DNA of 64,000 nt from an uncultured Gammaproteobacteria bacterium (GTDB taxonomy: Bacteria; Pseudomonadota; Gammaproteobacteria; DRLM01): the NCBI GenBank assembly GCA_947259075.1, contig CAMYKQ010000015.1, positions 4,792 to 68,791 on the forward strand, given 5' to 3'. Positions 26,619 to 35,462 of the stretch are shown here, one piece after another. The translations under genes were made by a program, and so were the position numbers. The stretch's first letter is position 1; each line of letters opens with the position of its first letter. The notes beneath the pieces are model-generated. The model saw nothing but the letters and a program-made list of their open reading frames with translations, was not told the origin of the DNA and ran no database searches.

Positions 26619-27499
26619 GCCGCGAGATGCTCCACCAGTGTGTCGAGTTCGGCGGTGATGTCGAGGAGTTTTTCAACCGCGGCGATCACCCACTCCTCGG
26701 AGAGATGGAGGTAGGCGACGGTCTCCTTCGGTATTTCCACGCTTTCGCCGTCGCCCAAATCATAGCGCGCCAGGGCGCGATCGGTGACCAAGGCCAGTTT
26801 GGAATAGACGGCGTGGCGGCCGTCGTAATCAGGGTAGTGATGTTCCCGCGCGGTGATGATGACTTCTTCGGGCAGGTCCCAGGCCTTCAGCAACCAGGTG
26901 CCGACTTGCTCGTGGCGCACGCCCAGCAGCTGCAATTCGATTTCCCGGATGGAGCCGGAACGGCTTTGGGTGAAGACGTCGTTGACCAAGGCGAATTCGT
27001 GGGGATAAAGGTGGCCCAGCACGAGAAAGCCGAGGTTGTGCAGCAGCCCGGCGAGATAAGCCAGGCCCGCCGGCGGGCGTATGGCGGCGGGCATGACCGC
27101 GCTGAGTTCCTGCATTAAGGTGGCGCTGTACACCGCGTGACGCCAAAATGCGTCTCGGCCGATGCGTCCACCCACGGGCATGTTCAGGCGGCTGCCGACC
27201 GCGATCCCCAGTCCCATGTGCAGCGCCATATCAAATCCCAGCACTTGGGTGATAGCTTTTTGGATGGTGGTGATCTTGCTGCCGTAGCCGAAGATGGAGA
27301 GGCGGGCGTAACGCAGAATTTGAGCGCTGAGGCCGGGGTCGCGTTCCACGGTGTCCGCCAGTTCCTTGGTGCCGGCGTGGGGGTCGTTGCGTAAGCGCAG
27401 CAGATCTTTTGCCGTATCCGGCATCGCGGGCAAGTCATCTAGTTGTTCAATGCGCCGTTTGATCGTTTGCACTCGTCCATCTTTCGTATCAAGCATCAA
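26615..27499 (-). CDS. HDOD domain protein
   Basis: LPAMPDTAKDLLRL..DP......LADTVERDPGLSAQILRYA and HNLG/HE motifs of HDOD. Confidence 0.85.
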   Translation of the reverse strand: MMLDTKDGRVQTIKRRIEQLDDLPAMPDTAKDLLRLRNDPHAGTKELADTVERDPGLSAQILRYARLSIFGYGSKITTIQKAITQVLGFDMALHMGLGIAVGSRLNMPVGGRIGRDAFWRHAVYSATLMQELSAVMPAAIRPPAGLAYLAGLLHNLGFLVLGHLYPHEFALVNDVFTQSRSGSIREIELQLLGVRHEQVGTWLLKAWDLPEEVIITAREHHYPDYDGRHAVYSKLALVTDRALARYDLGDGESVEIPKETVAYLHLSEEWVIAAVEKLLDITAELDTLVEHLAA

Positions 27500-27853
27500 T
27501 CAGCCTCCTTGCGTGTCGCCGTTTCGGAATCCAGGGCATGTCCTTGCCCTATTTTTCGCGAGTGTGATGTCCTTAAAAATTTTGGCTCCTGGCTTGGGTG
27601 GATCCCATTGGCTTTAGCGCCCTGCCCATGAGTCTCCCTCGTGTCGCCTGACGGCAGGGTTGCTGCGCGTTTTGATGCCGCGCCGCGAGCGAGAGTAAAT
27701 AAGGTATCGGGCCTTTAATCGCTAAACTTAAATATAAGGATATTCTGTTTTTGTAGGTGGGGGGCATTGTGGCGAAGCGCTCTACTGTCTTGCGTTTATG
27801 CTTGGTGGCGTGTGGCGGGGATGGTTGTCCCCGCCAGAGCGTTCGGCTTCATG

Positions 27854-28300
27854 TCAGGCCGCATCATCTTTGGCGGCTGCGCCAGCTTCGGGGATTTTGG
27901 CGTGAGTTGGCGCCGAGCCGGATGGGGAGAGCAGGCTAGTGTCGAGGTGTTGCAGGTTGGCCAAGGCCAGCTTAGTCAATTGCACGCCGATGGCCCAAAA
28001 GGTCGCGCCGACTTGCGGGATGCGGGATACGCCGTACACGGCGCCTACCAGCAGCGCGGCGGAAAGAAAGGCATAGAACAGCGAGGCCAGGCCCGCTTGA
28101 TCCCCCGCCATGGCGCTGGTGAGTTTGACCCACAAGGCGAGCAGCGCGAGCAGGGCGCCGCCAAACCACAGAAATACGGTGAAGGTGAAGAATAAGGCGA
28201 TAATGAGCTGAAATAACCGTACGATAAACGTGTGCATGATCTCCCCCTTGTCATCCCCCATGACAGTTTGAGTGTAGTTCATAAAATCAAAAAAGGACAA
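27854..28300 (-). CDS. Hypothetical membrane protein
   Basis: Three to four hydrophobic helices. The start is uncertain (ATG 28300 or the internal MHTF). Confidence 0.45.
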   Translation of the reverse strand: MSFFDFMNYTQTVMGDDKGEIMHTFIVRLFQLIIALFFTFTVFLWFGGALLALLALWVKLTSAMAGDQAGLASLFYAFLSAALLVGAVYGVSRIPQVGATFWAIGVQLTKLALANLQHLDTSLLSPSGSAPTHAKIPEAGAAAKDDAA

Positions 28301-28324
28301 GCCGTGCGCTGGGGGTTTTTCGGA

Positions 28325-29224
28325 CTAATGTTGGGTTTTGGAGGGGGGCTCGATGAGGTCCGTGGCGAAAATCTGTTCGATGTCCACCGGGTCGAAGCTG
28401 TAACGCTGATTACAAAACTCGCAATGCACCGTGACTTCGCCGTGTTCTTCCAGCAAGGGTTTGATCTCGCCGGGACCGAGCAGGCGCAGGGTGTTGACCA
28501 CCCGTTCGCGCGAGCAGGAGCAGCGGAAACTGACGGGCACGGGCTCGAAGACGCGCACGTCTTCTTCGTGGAACAGGCGTTTGATGATCTCGGTGGCGCT
28601 GCAAGTTTTTAACTCATCGCCGCTGAGGGTGCCGCTTAAATGCGACATGCGGTTCCAGGCGTCGTGATCCGCCTCCTGCGCGGCATCGGGTTGTTGTTGC
28701 AGGAGCAGGCCGGCGGCGTAATCCGCGCCGGCGCTGAGCCACAGGCGCGTGTGTAAATGTTCCGAACGCGCGAAATAATCATGGAGGGACTCGGCGAGGG
28801 TGCCGCCTTCGGCGGCGACGATGGCTTGATAGCGTTCCTCGCCCTGTTGCGGGGTGATGGTGATAATCAAGCGGCCCTGGCCGATTTGGCCGTTGAGCGG
28901 TCCCGGCGCCACCGCGCCGCTCCAGCGCGCGGTGGCGCGCAACTCGTAGTTGCTGCTGCATTCCACCACGATCCAGTGAATCGGCCCGCTGCCCTGTAAT
29001 TGCAAAGAAAGCGAGCCTTGGTAATCGAGGGTGGCGTTGAGCAGGGCCGCGGCGGCCATCAACTCACCCATGCGGTCGCGCAGGGCGGGCGGGTAGTCGT
29101 GGCGGTCCAGCACCGCGCGCCAGCTGGCATCGAGTTGAATGATGCGGCCGCGGATGCCGTGCTCTTCCAGTAAAAATGCTTGTAGGGTATCGGCGCTAGC
29201 GCTCACGGTGATTCCTGTCGCCAT
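28325..29224 (-). CDS. hslO: Hsp33 redox-regulated chaperone
   Basis: C-terminal zinc centre FRCSCSRERV...HCEFCNQRY. Confidence 0.9.
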   Translation of the reverse strand: MATGITVSASADTLQAFLLEEHGIRGRIIQLDASWRAVLDRHDYPPALRDRMGELMAAAALLNATLDYQGSLSLQLQGSGPIHWIVVECSSNYELRATARWSGAVAPGPLNGQIGQGRLIITITPQQGEERYQAIVAAEGGTLAESLHDYFARSEHLHTRLWLSAGADYAAGLLLQQQPDAAQEADHDAWNRMSHLSGTLSGDELKTCSATEIIKRLFHEEDVRVFEPVPVSFRCSCSRERVVNTLRLLGPGEIKPLLEEHGEVTVHCEFCNQRYSFDPVDIEQIFATDLIEPPSKTQH

Positions 29225-29283
29225 GGATGAATTTCCGGGCAGGATACCATGCCCTCATGGAGCGCCAGCGTGACGGGATTTGT

Positions 29284-31254
29284 TTAGCCTGGCGAGGGGG
29301 CCGGGTGTTCCGTGGCGTTGTTCCGTCCTTGCCCGCTGATGGGTGACATGCGGATTTTCAAGGGTGTGGGCGCGCGGCCCAGGCGGTAATCATAAATGAC
29401 GGTGTAGGCGAATACCTGCTGTAAATAGCCGCGGGTCTCATAAAAAGGCACGGTCTCGACCCAGATGTCGGCAGGGGTGTCGTTCGCGGGACGCCAGTCA
29501 TTGACACGTCTACTGCCGGCGTTATACGAGGCGGTGGCGAGCACGGCGTTGTCGTCAAAGCGATCGAGGGTGTTGCGCAGATAAGTAACGCCTAAGCGAA
29601 TATTGGTGCCCGCATCGAACAGCGCTTGGGGATTGCTGAGGCGCAGGTTTAAATCCCGGGCCACGTCGCGCGCGGTGCGCGGCAGCAGTTGCATCAAGCC
29701 CAGCGCGCCGGCAGGTGAACGCGCGTCGGTCATAAAGGCGCTCTCTTGGCGGATGACGGCAAAGGCCCAGGCCGGATCGATGCGGTTGTCGCGTGCCGCG
29801 CCGAGCACCATGTCTTGATGCACGATGGGAAAGCGCAATTGCAAATCGTCGAGAAAGGGCGTGGCCGCGACGGTGATGATGGCTTGATCGTGCCAGCCCC
29901 AGCGTTCGGCGAGTTTGGCGGCGTGAGTCAGCTGGACGTCACTCATGCCGCGGGTGGCGAGATACCACTCGCGGCGCGCTTCCAGCGCGCGCTCCAGCAT
30001 AAACAGTTCACGCGCGCGTTGAATGCCCGGCAGGTTTTCCACGTCAGCGAGGCGTTCATCACCTATCGTGAGCGGCTGAGATTCCATGGCGTAACGTGTC
30101 TCGATGCGGTCGGCGGCGAGAAAGCCGTAGTAGTTGCGGGTGCGCGAGAGTGCTTCGTAGAGGGCGCCGGCCCCGGGATTGCCAATCGCCTCCAGCGCGC
30201 GGGCGCGCCAATATTGCCAGCGCGGGTTTTGGCGTTCCTGCGGATTGAGTTCATCTATCCAAATCAGCGCCGTTTGCCAGTCGCCGAGGCTGAGGGCGGC
30301 GCGCACGCGCCATTCGCGCAAGGTGCCGTCGATGTCTTGCGGATCGAGCGCGGCGAGACGGTTCAATGCCTCGGGTTTGCCGCGCAGGGCGTGGCCGAGG
30401 GCGAGGCGGCGCGCCATGGCGCTGCGTTCCGTTTCGCTGAAGTGGTAGCGGTTTTTGACTTGATCCCACAGGGCGTCGCCCGCGGCGGGGTCACGTTGCG
30501 CGGCGCGTTTGACGGCGTGCAGCACGATGAGGCGGCTGCGCGCCTGGTCTTTGTTGAGCGCATCGAGGTGCATGATGAGCTCGGGTTGGGTTTGGGTGCG
30601 CATCCATAGGTCAAACCAGGTTTGTTCACTTTCGGGCAATTGTTTGGCCAGATAACGCGCTAGAGAGGTGTTGCCGCCGGTCATGGCCAATTCGAGACGT
30701 TGCCAGATGAGCGCGGGGGTCAGGCCGCCGCTAGCGCGCCATATCTCGAATACCGGGTCGCAGGCATCGGCTTGCGAACGGCCGGTCAACCAGATTTTTT
30801 CCACGTCTTTGAGGGCGGCGTGTTTTTGGTCGGTGTGATGCAGCGCTTGGCGTTGCAGGCATTGCAGCTCTTTGTCGTTGCTGGCGTGGTAGTCGCGCAG
30901 GAAGTCTTGCCACCGTTCGTGCGTGGCGAGATGGGTGAGCCAGCGTTGGCGCAGGCGCGCGGCGAGGGGCGTGTCGCGGTAGGCGTCGAGAAAGCGGCTG
31001 ATGTCGCCGCCGCGCGCACTGGAGAGATTTTGTAGCAGCTCGGCATAGAGTAAATAGGGGTACAGCGGATAGTCGTGCAGTTCGGCCGCGAGCGCGTGAA
31101 AGCCCGCCGTATCGCCCGCGTTCAGCGTGCTTTCCGCCTCGATGAAGTGGGTGCGCTGTAGTTCGATCTTATTCTGCGCCGAGGCCGGCATGCCCGTGAG
31201 GTTTAGACATACCACCAGTGCGGGCCAGATAGCCCTTATGCTCATGCGATTCAT
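29284..31254 (-). CDS. slt: Soluble lytic murein transglycosylase (Slt70 family)
   Basis: Signal peptide, superhelical U-domain, and catalytic IRQESAF...GLMQLLPRTA and YNAG motifs. Confidence 0.9.
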   Translation of the reverse strand: MNRMSIRAIWPALVVCLNLTGMPASAQNKIELQRTHFIEAESTLNAGDTAGFHALAAELHDYPLYPYLLYAELLQNLSSARGGDISRFLDAYRDTPLAARLRQRWLTHLATHERWQDFLRDYHASNDKELQCLQRQALHHTDQKHAALKDVEKIWLTGRSQADACDPVFEIWRASGGLTPALIWQRLELAMTGGNTSLARYLAKQLPESEQTWFDLWMRTQTQPELIMHLDALNKDQARSRLIVLHAVKRAAQRDPAAGDALWDQVKNRYHFSETERSAMARRLALGHALRGKPEALNRLAALDPQDIDGTLREWRVRAALSLGDWQTALIWIDELNPQERQNPRWQYWRARALEAIGNPGAGALYEALSRTRNYYGFLAADRIETRYAMESQPLTIGDERLADVENLPGIQRARELFMLERALEARREWYLATRGMSDVQLTHAAKLAERWGWHDQAIITVAATPFLDDLQLRFPIVHQDMVLGAARDNRIDPAWAFAVIRQESAFMTDARSPAGALGLMQLLPRTARDVARDLNLRLSNPQALFDAGTNIRLGVTYLRNTLDRFDDNAVLATASYNAGSRRVNDWRPANDTPADIWVETVPFYETRGYLQQVFAYTVIYDYRLGRAPTPLKIRMSPISGQGRNNATEHPAPSPG

Positions 31255-31405
31255 CTAGTTTTCGTACCACCCTGTTTCCCGGCGGCTTAAAACCGTACGC
31301 CAGCGAGGTCATCATTGTGACCTGTTATGCATGGGGATGTGAAGTTTGTTGAGAGAGGCGCCCCATGCCGTCGCGGGTCATGGGGCGCGCAGGGGTATAC
31401 AGGAC

Positions 31406-31888
31406 TTAAGCGTTTTCAGTGCGGCGGTGACGCGCCAAGCCGCGGCGGAAGTGCAGCGTATCTTGCCGGTGAATCACTTCTTTCACGCCGGGGCGTTCCG
31501 CGAACTGCGCCAGGGTAATGCTGTCGAGGAAGTCGTGGATGCGCGTGCTGAGATCGAACCACAATTCATGGGTGAGGCAGCGGTCGCCATCATGGCAGTC
31601 TTCCTTGCCGTTGCAGCGGGTGACGTCCATTTTCTCATTGACCGCGCTAATGATATTCGCCACGGTGATTTCCTCGGGCGGGCGGGCCAGCCGGTAGCCG
31701 CCGCGCGGGCCGCGGGTGCCGCTGATGAGACCATTACGCCTTAAGCGCGCGAAGATTTGTTCCAGGTAGGATAAGGAGATTCCCTGGCAAGCTGAGATAT
31801 CCGCCAAGGTGACTGGGCCATATTTTTCGTGGATCGCGAGATCCATCATGGCGGTAACGGCGTAACGGCCTTTGGTTGATAATTTCAT
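31406..31888 (-). CDS. iscR: Rrf2-family [2Fe-2S] regulator IscR
   Basis: MKLSTKGRYAVTAMMDLA HTH region. The cluster ligands RCNGKEDCHDGDRCLTH have the C-x5-C-x5-C-x2-H spacing of E. coli C92/C98/C104/H107. The start was trimmed to ATG 31888. Confidence 0.8.
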   Translation of the reverse strand: MKLSTKGRYAVTAMMDLAIHEKYGPVTLADISACQGISLSYLEQIFARLRRNGLISGTRGPRGGYRLARPPEEITVANIISAVNEKMDVTRCNGKEDCHDGDRCLTHELWFDLSTRIHDFLDSITLAQFAERPGVKEVIHRQDTLHFRRGLARHRRTENA

Positions 31889-31926
31889 GGGCGCACCTTC
31901 TGCTAAAGTTTGGACCAAGTCTTATT

Positions 31927-31943
31927 CCGACTGAAATGGTCAA
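31927..31943 (-). promoter_or_regulatory. IscR type-1-like binding site
   Basis: CCGACTGAAATGGTCAA matches 16 of 17 positions of the core YYGACTRWWWYAGTCRR. It lies 39-55 nt upstream of the iscR ATG. Confidence 0.5.
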
Positions 31944-32294
31944 CAAAATATATACAATACCCCTTAAGCGGGGTCAACTATTCGTTTGTGAATAATTGTG
32001 ACGGAACCCGCTGTGGGTGCCCGGTGCCGAATGTCCTGCATTTTTCGAAACAGCTCGTCCGCTGCCTAATCGTTGCTAGTTGCGCGTAGCAAGCCGTCTG
32101 AGTGGTGGGCCGTGGCTCGATATTTCGCGCTGTGGCGGGCGTGGCGCGGTCATTTATAGCGGATGGCGCCAGGCTAATCGTTTGTTTGCAAAGCTTTACA
32201 ATGAGCGGGCGGACTCCCCGCCGCTTTGCCTTATACTTAAGCGCGATTCATATTTTGAGTCGCCGAAGAGAATGGACTTAACGAGGAAGAGCTA

Positions 32295-33014
32295 ATGAAT
32301 AAACCCCTGCTAATAGTGTCACTGGCTTCATTGCTGCTTGTCGCCTGCGGCAAACAAGAGGAACAGGCGCAAACCGCGCCGCCCGCCCAGCAGGCGGAGA
32401 GCGCGATGAATGAGCTGAATGATGCCGCGGCGAATGCCATGAGCGGAGCGAAAGAGGTCATGAGCGAGGCTAAAGAGGCCGTGAGCGAAACGGCCGGCAG
32501 TGTGATCGCCGAGTCCAAAGAAGCGCTGAGTGACGCGGCGGACAACGCCATGGCGCAGACGGACGCGGCGGTGACCGCGGCAAAAGAGACGGCGCAAGCC
32601 GCGACGGCAAAGACTCAAGAGGCGGTGACCGCGGCAAAAGAGACGGTGAAGGAGGCGGCGGAAGCCGCGACGAAGGAAACACAGCAGGTGGTGACCGAGG
32701 TCGCCGCCAAGGCGGGTGCCGTAGCCGCCGCCACCCAGTCGGTATTGGCTAAAGACGATGCCTTGGTGCTGGCGAACAAGAGCGGTTGTCTGGCCTGTCA
32801 TGCGGTGGACAAAAAGGTAGTGGGCCCGCCGTGGCAGGATGTCGCCGCCCGTTATCGTGGTAAAGATGCGCGAACCCAGCTGGTCGATAAGGTGAGCACG
32901 GGTGGTAAAGGCAATTGGACGGATGTGACCGGCGGGGTCCCCATGCCGCCTTATTCGCCGCGCGTGAGCAAAGAAAATATCGAGAAGATGGTCGACTTCA
33001 TCTTGTCGCTATAA
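32295..33014 (+). CDS. Lipoprotein-anchored c-type cytochrome with a long Ala/Glu/Lys/Thr-rich linker
   Basis: Lipobox LLLVAC. About 140 aa of low-complexity linker. The C-terminal domain (CLACH...GGKGNW..VTGGVPMPPY) is paralogous to the 23541-23924 product. Confidence 0.8.
   Translation: MNKPLLIVSLASLLLVACGKQEEQAQTAPPAQQAESAMNELNDAAANAMSGAKEVMSEAKEAVSETAGSVIAESKEALSDAADNAMAQTDAAVTAAKETAQAATAKTQEAVTAAKETVKEAAEAATKETQQVVTEVAAKAGAVAAATQSVLAKDDALVLANKSGCLACHAVDKKVVGPPWQDVAARYRGKDARTQLVDKVSTGGKGNWTDVTGGVPMPPYSPRVSKENIEKMVDFILSL
32568..32675 (+). repeat. Imperfect 54-nt tandem duplication inside the cytochrome linker
   Basis: The 25-nt string GCGGTGACCGCGGCAAAAGAGACGG is exact at 32568 and 32622. 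AAGCCGCGACG recurs in both units. Confidence 0.7.
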
Positions 33015-33065
33015 CACTAAGCCGCCCGGTCTGGCCGCGAGGCGGGGCCGGGTGCGCTTATCGCG

Positions 33066-33215
33066 TCAATCGTGAGGGGGTTTGTGTTTTGCTTCCCGGT
33101 CTTCCGGGCGCGCCTCGCCGCGATAGACTTGCACGGTGAGATACGCCATGAGCAGCGTAGTGATGATTCCCACGATGATGACCAGAGCCGTAATGACCGT
33201 TTCCATCGACGCCAT
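33066..33215 (-). CDS. Candidate small single-pass membrane protein (49 aa), not on the ORF track
   Basis: AGGAG-N8-ATG, then MASMETVITALVIIVGIITTLLMAYLTVQVYRGEARPEDREAKHKPPHD. It has one clean TM helix plus a charged tail, and lies 105 nt downstream of the NUDIX gene. Confidence 0.35.
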   Translation of the reverse strand: MASMETVITALVIIVGIITTLLMAYLTVQVYRGEARPEDREAKHKPPHD

Positions 33216-33320
33216 GGCTTGCCACTCCTAGAGGTTGGTTAACGCTGGTTGGCGTTGACCTCAATAAAAGCGAGGCTCCATCTTAGCACTCGGTTAACCC
33301 GGCGGAAATGCGCCGCGCGG

Positions 33321-33857
33321 CTACTGCCCGCGAACTGGCGCGGCTATCGCCCGCAGCAGGCCGATCACGGTTTTGGCGTCGCGCAAGGTGCCGTCCCGCG
33401 CCCATTCTTGAGCGGTGGGCAAGGGTATCCAATGACGCTCGAAAACTTCATGCGCTTCGGGACGGGGCGGCACGGTACGCAACCGGCGGGCGAGGAAGAG
33501 CTGGATCACCTCGTCGCAAAAACCGGGGGTGGTGAGTATTTCGCCCAGCGGCCGCCAGTCCGCCGCTTGCAGGCCGGCCTCTTCTTCCAGTTCACGTTGC
33601 GCGGTGAGCAACGGCGCTTCGTCCGCATCGCGTTTACCCGCGGGCAGTTCCCACACCCAATCACCCGCGGCGTGGCGGTATTGGCGTAACAGACACACGC
33701 GCTCTTCCTCGTCGATGGCCACCACGGCCGCGCCGCCGCGATGACGAATCACCTCCAGCGACAGCGTGTGGCCGTTGGGCAAGTCGGCGGTCTCCAAACC
33801 GAGATCGACGACGGTGCCGCGGTAAATTTCTCTGCGCTCCACGCTCATGGTCTGCAT
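33321..33857 (-). CDS. NUDIX hydrolase (ADP-ribose pyrophosphatase-like)
   Basis: Nudix box GKRDADEAPLLTAQRELEEEAGL. Confidence 0.85.
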   Translation of the reverse strand: MQTMSVERREIYRGTVVDLGLETADLPNGHTLSLEVIRHRGGAAVVAIDEEERVCLLRQYRHAAGDWVWELPAGKRDADEAPLLTAQRELEEEAGLQAADWRPLGEILTTPGFCDEVIQLFLARRLRTVPPRPEAHEVFERHWIPLPTAQEWARDGTLRDAKTVIGLLRAIAAPVRGQ

Positions 33858-34948
33858 CCGTGCGGCTTTGCCGCCGTATTGAAATACGCCGCGAGCAGGG
33901 CCGCCGCTTCCTCGTCACCGCTTGGTTGCGGCGGCGCGGCGGCGGGCAGCACCAGCAGTGATTGCAATGCGTGGGCGAGTTCGCCTTGCGCCAATTCCTG
34001 GGCGGTGACGGCCACGCCGCGGCCGTGGCGCTGCAGCCAGTCCACCAGGCAGGTTTCTTCGGGCCAAGCCTCACGCGGCACGTACAACACGGGAATGCCA
34101 TTGCAAACGGCCTCGGTGAAACTGCCGTAACCGGGTTTGGTGAGCAAGGCATCGGCACTGCGCAACGTATCGACGAAATCCAGGCCCAGTGATTCAAAGG
34201 CGATGATGTCCGCGCGTGCGGTTTGCCAGCTTGCCGGTACGATCCAGCGCAGACCCTGCCGCTGCGGCCAGGCGGCGGCATCAATGTGAAAGGGCACGCC
34301 GCCCAGCGATACCAGTACCAAGCGATCATCGGGCGCCGCGCCGCAACGTGCCGCCAGTTCAGCGCGCCGCGCCGTGCCGAGGCGGGCGATGGGGCCGATG
34401 GCGCGCAGATTGTGGAGGGCGCGCATCGCCATGCTGGGCGCGGGCTGTAAAAATACCTCCGCTGAATTGTAAGCGGCGAGCATCTGCGCGCGGATGGCCG
34501 TGGCCTTCGAGTCTTGGCCGCAGAGGTGTTGATAAAGATCAGCCCAATTGAGCGAGCACAGCGCCACGGCGGGGATGGCGGCTTGCCGTGCCGCCGCCAG
34601 CACGCGATAGGGCGCGTTAGCGAAGATGACATCGGGCGCGAGTTCGCGCAGCCAGGCGGCTTCCGCCTCGACGTCGCGCGCCCACTCTTGGTGAAATGCG
34701 TGATAGGCGGCGGCGCTGGCGCTCACGTCCACCGTCAAGGCATCGTGCATCAGCATGCCGACGTCGGGCGCGCGCGCGATGTGAGTGAACTCGCCCTCGA
34801 TGCGCTTTTCGAGCAGGGCGCGCGGCAGCGCGCTGTACAGCGTCAAACGCAGCGCGGGCAGGCGGCGGCGTAGGGCGTTGAGCACTGGCGCGCTTTGCGC
34901 GAGGTGGCCGTAGCCGTGAGCGGTGATGGCGGCGAGCAGGTGCGGCAT
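33845..34948 (-). CDS. GT-B fold glycosyltransferase-like protein (MurG/UDP-glycosyltransferase-like C-terminus)
   Basis: ITAHGYGHL N-terminal loop and KPGYGSFTEAVCNGIPVLYVPR...E donor-binding-like motif. It overlaps the NUDIX start by 13 nt. Confidence 0.6.
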   Translation of the reverse strand: MPHLLAAITAHGYGHLAQSAPVLNALRRRLPALRLTLYSALPRALLEKRIEGEFTHIARAPDVGMLMHDALTVDVSASAAAYHAFHQEWARDVEAEAAWLRELAPDVIFANAPYRVLAAARQAAIPAVALCSLNWADLYQHLCGQDSKATAIRAQMLAAYNSAEVFLQPAPSMAMRALHNLRAIGPIARLGTARRAELAARCGAAPDDRLVLVSLGGVPFHIDAAAWPQRQGLRWIVPASWQTARADIIAFESLGLDFVDTLRSADALLTKPGYGSFTEAVCNGIPVLYVPREAWPEETCLVDWLQRHGRGVAVTAQELAQGELAHALQSLLVLPAAAPPQPSGDEEAAALLAAYFNTAAKPHGCRP

Positions 34949-34970
34949 GATCGGTTAGCTTACGCTGCGT

Positions 34971-35450
34971 TCAGTTGCAGTCGTGGGTGATGGTGGCCAC
35001 TTGAAAGCTGATGACGTGCTCTTGCCGGGGCGTGACGACGATGTGATAGGGCTGCGTGATGGCTTGCGTGACGAGGCAATCCGCGCCGGGCCGGGTGAAA
35101 GTGATCTGCGCGCTTAATGCGCTGCCCTCGGGGTTTAGTTTGCTAATTTGCACGGTGTAGCCGCCGGTGCCGCGTTGGCCCATAAAAGCGGCGATGACCA
35201 TGTCGTGCTCGAAGTCGATTTGCGGTAAGGCCGGGGGCGGGTCCATCACCGCCGTGTGTTCGCGCCACAGCGCGTCCAGCGAGGCGGCGTCGCGTATCAC
35301 CTCGAAACGCTGCGAGTTGATGCCGCTGGAATCACCTTGATCGAGCATGCTCAGAGCCGCGTCCGCCGCGCTGCTCTCGTTGATTAAGCACGCGCTCAGT
35401 GGCACCGCGAGCGCGGTGATAATGGCGATGATCCAAAATGGGTGTTTCAT
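34971..35450 (-). CDS. PrcB-family lipoprotein
   Basis: Lipobox PLSAC and a FMGQRGTGGYTVQI PrcB_C-like core. Confidence 0.6.
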   Translation of the reverse strand: MKHPFWIIAIITALAVPLSACLINESSAADAALSMLDQGDSSGINSQRFEVIRDAASLDALWREHTAVMDPPPALPQIDFEHDMVIAAFMGQRGTGGYTVQISKLNPEGSALSAQITFTRPGADCLVTQAITQPYHIVVTPRQEHVISFQVATITHDCN

Positions 35451-35462
35451 GAAATTTATTCC

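Noticed and set aside
33058-33264. 68-aa minus-strand track ORF
   Set aside because: It has Gly/His/Ser/Arg-rich composition without an RBS. A different frame with AGGAG-N8-ATG gives a plausible 49-aa TM protein instead.
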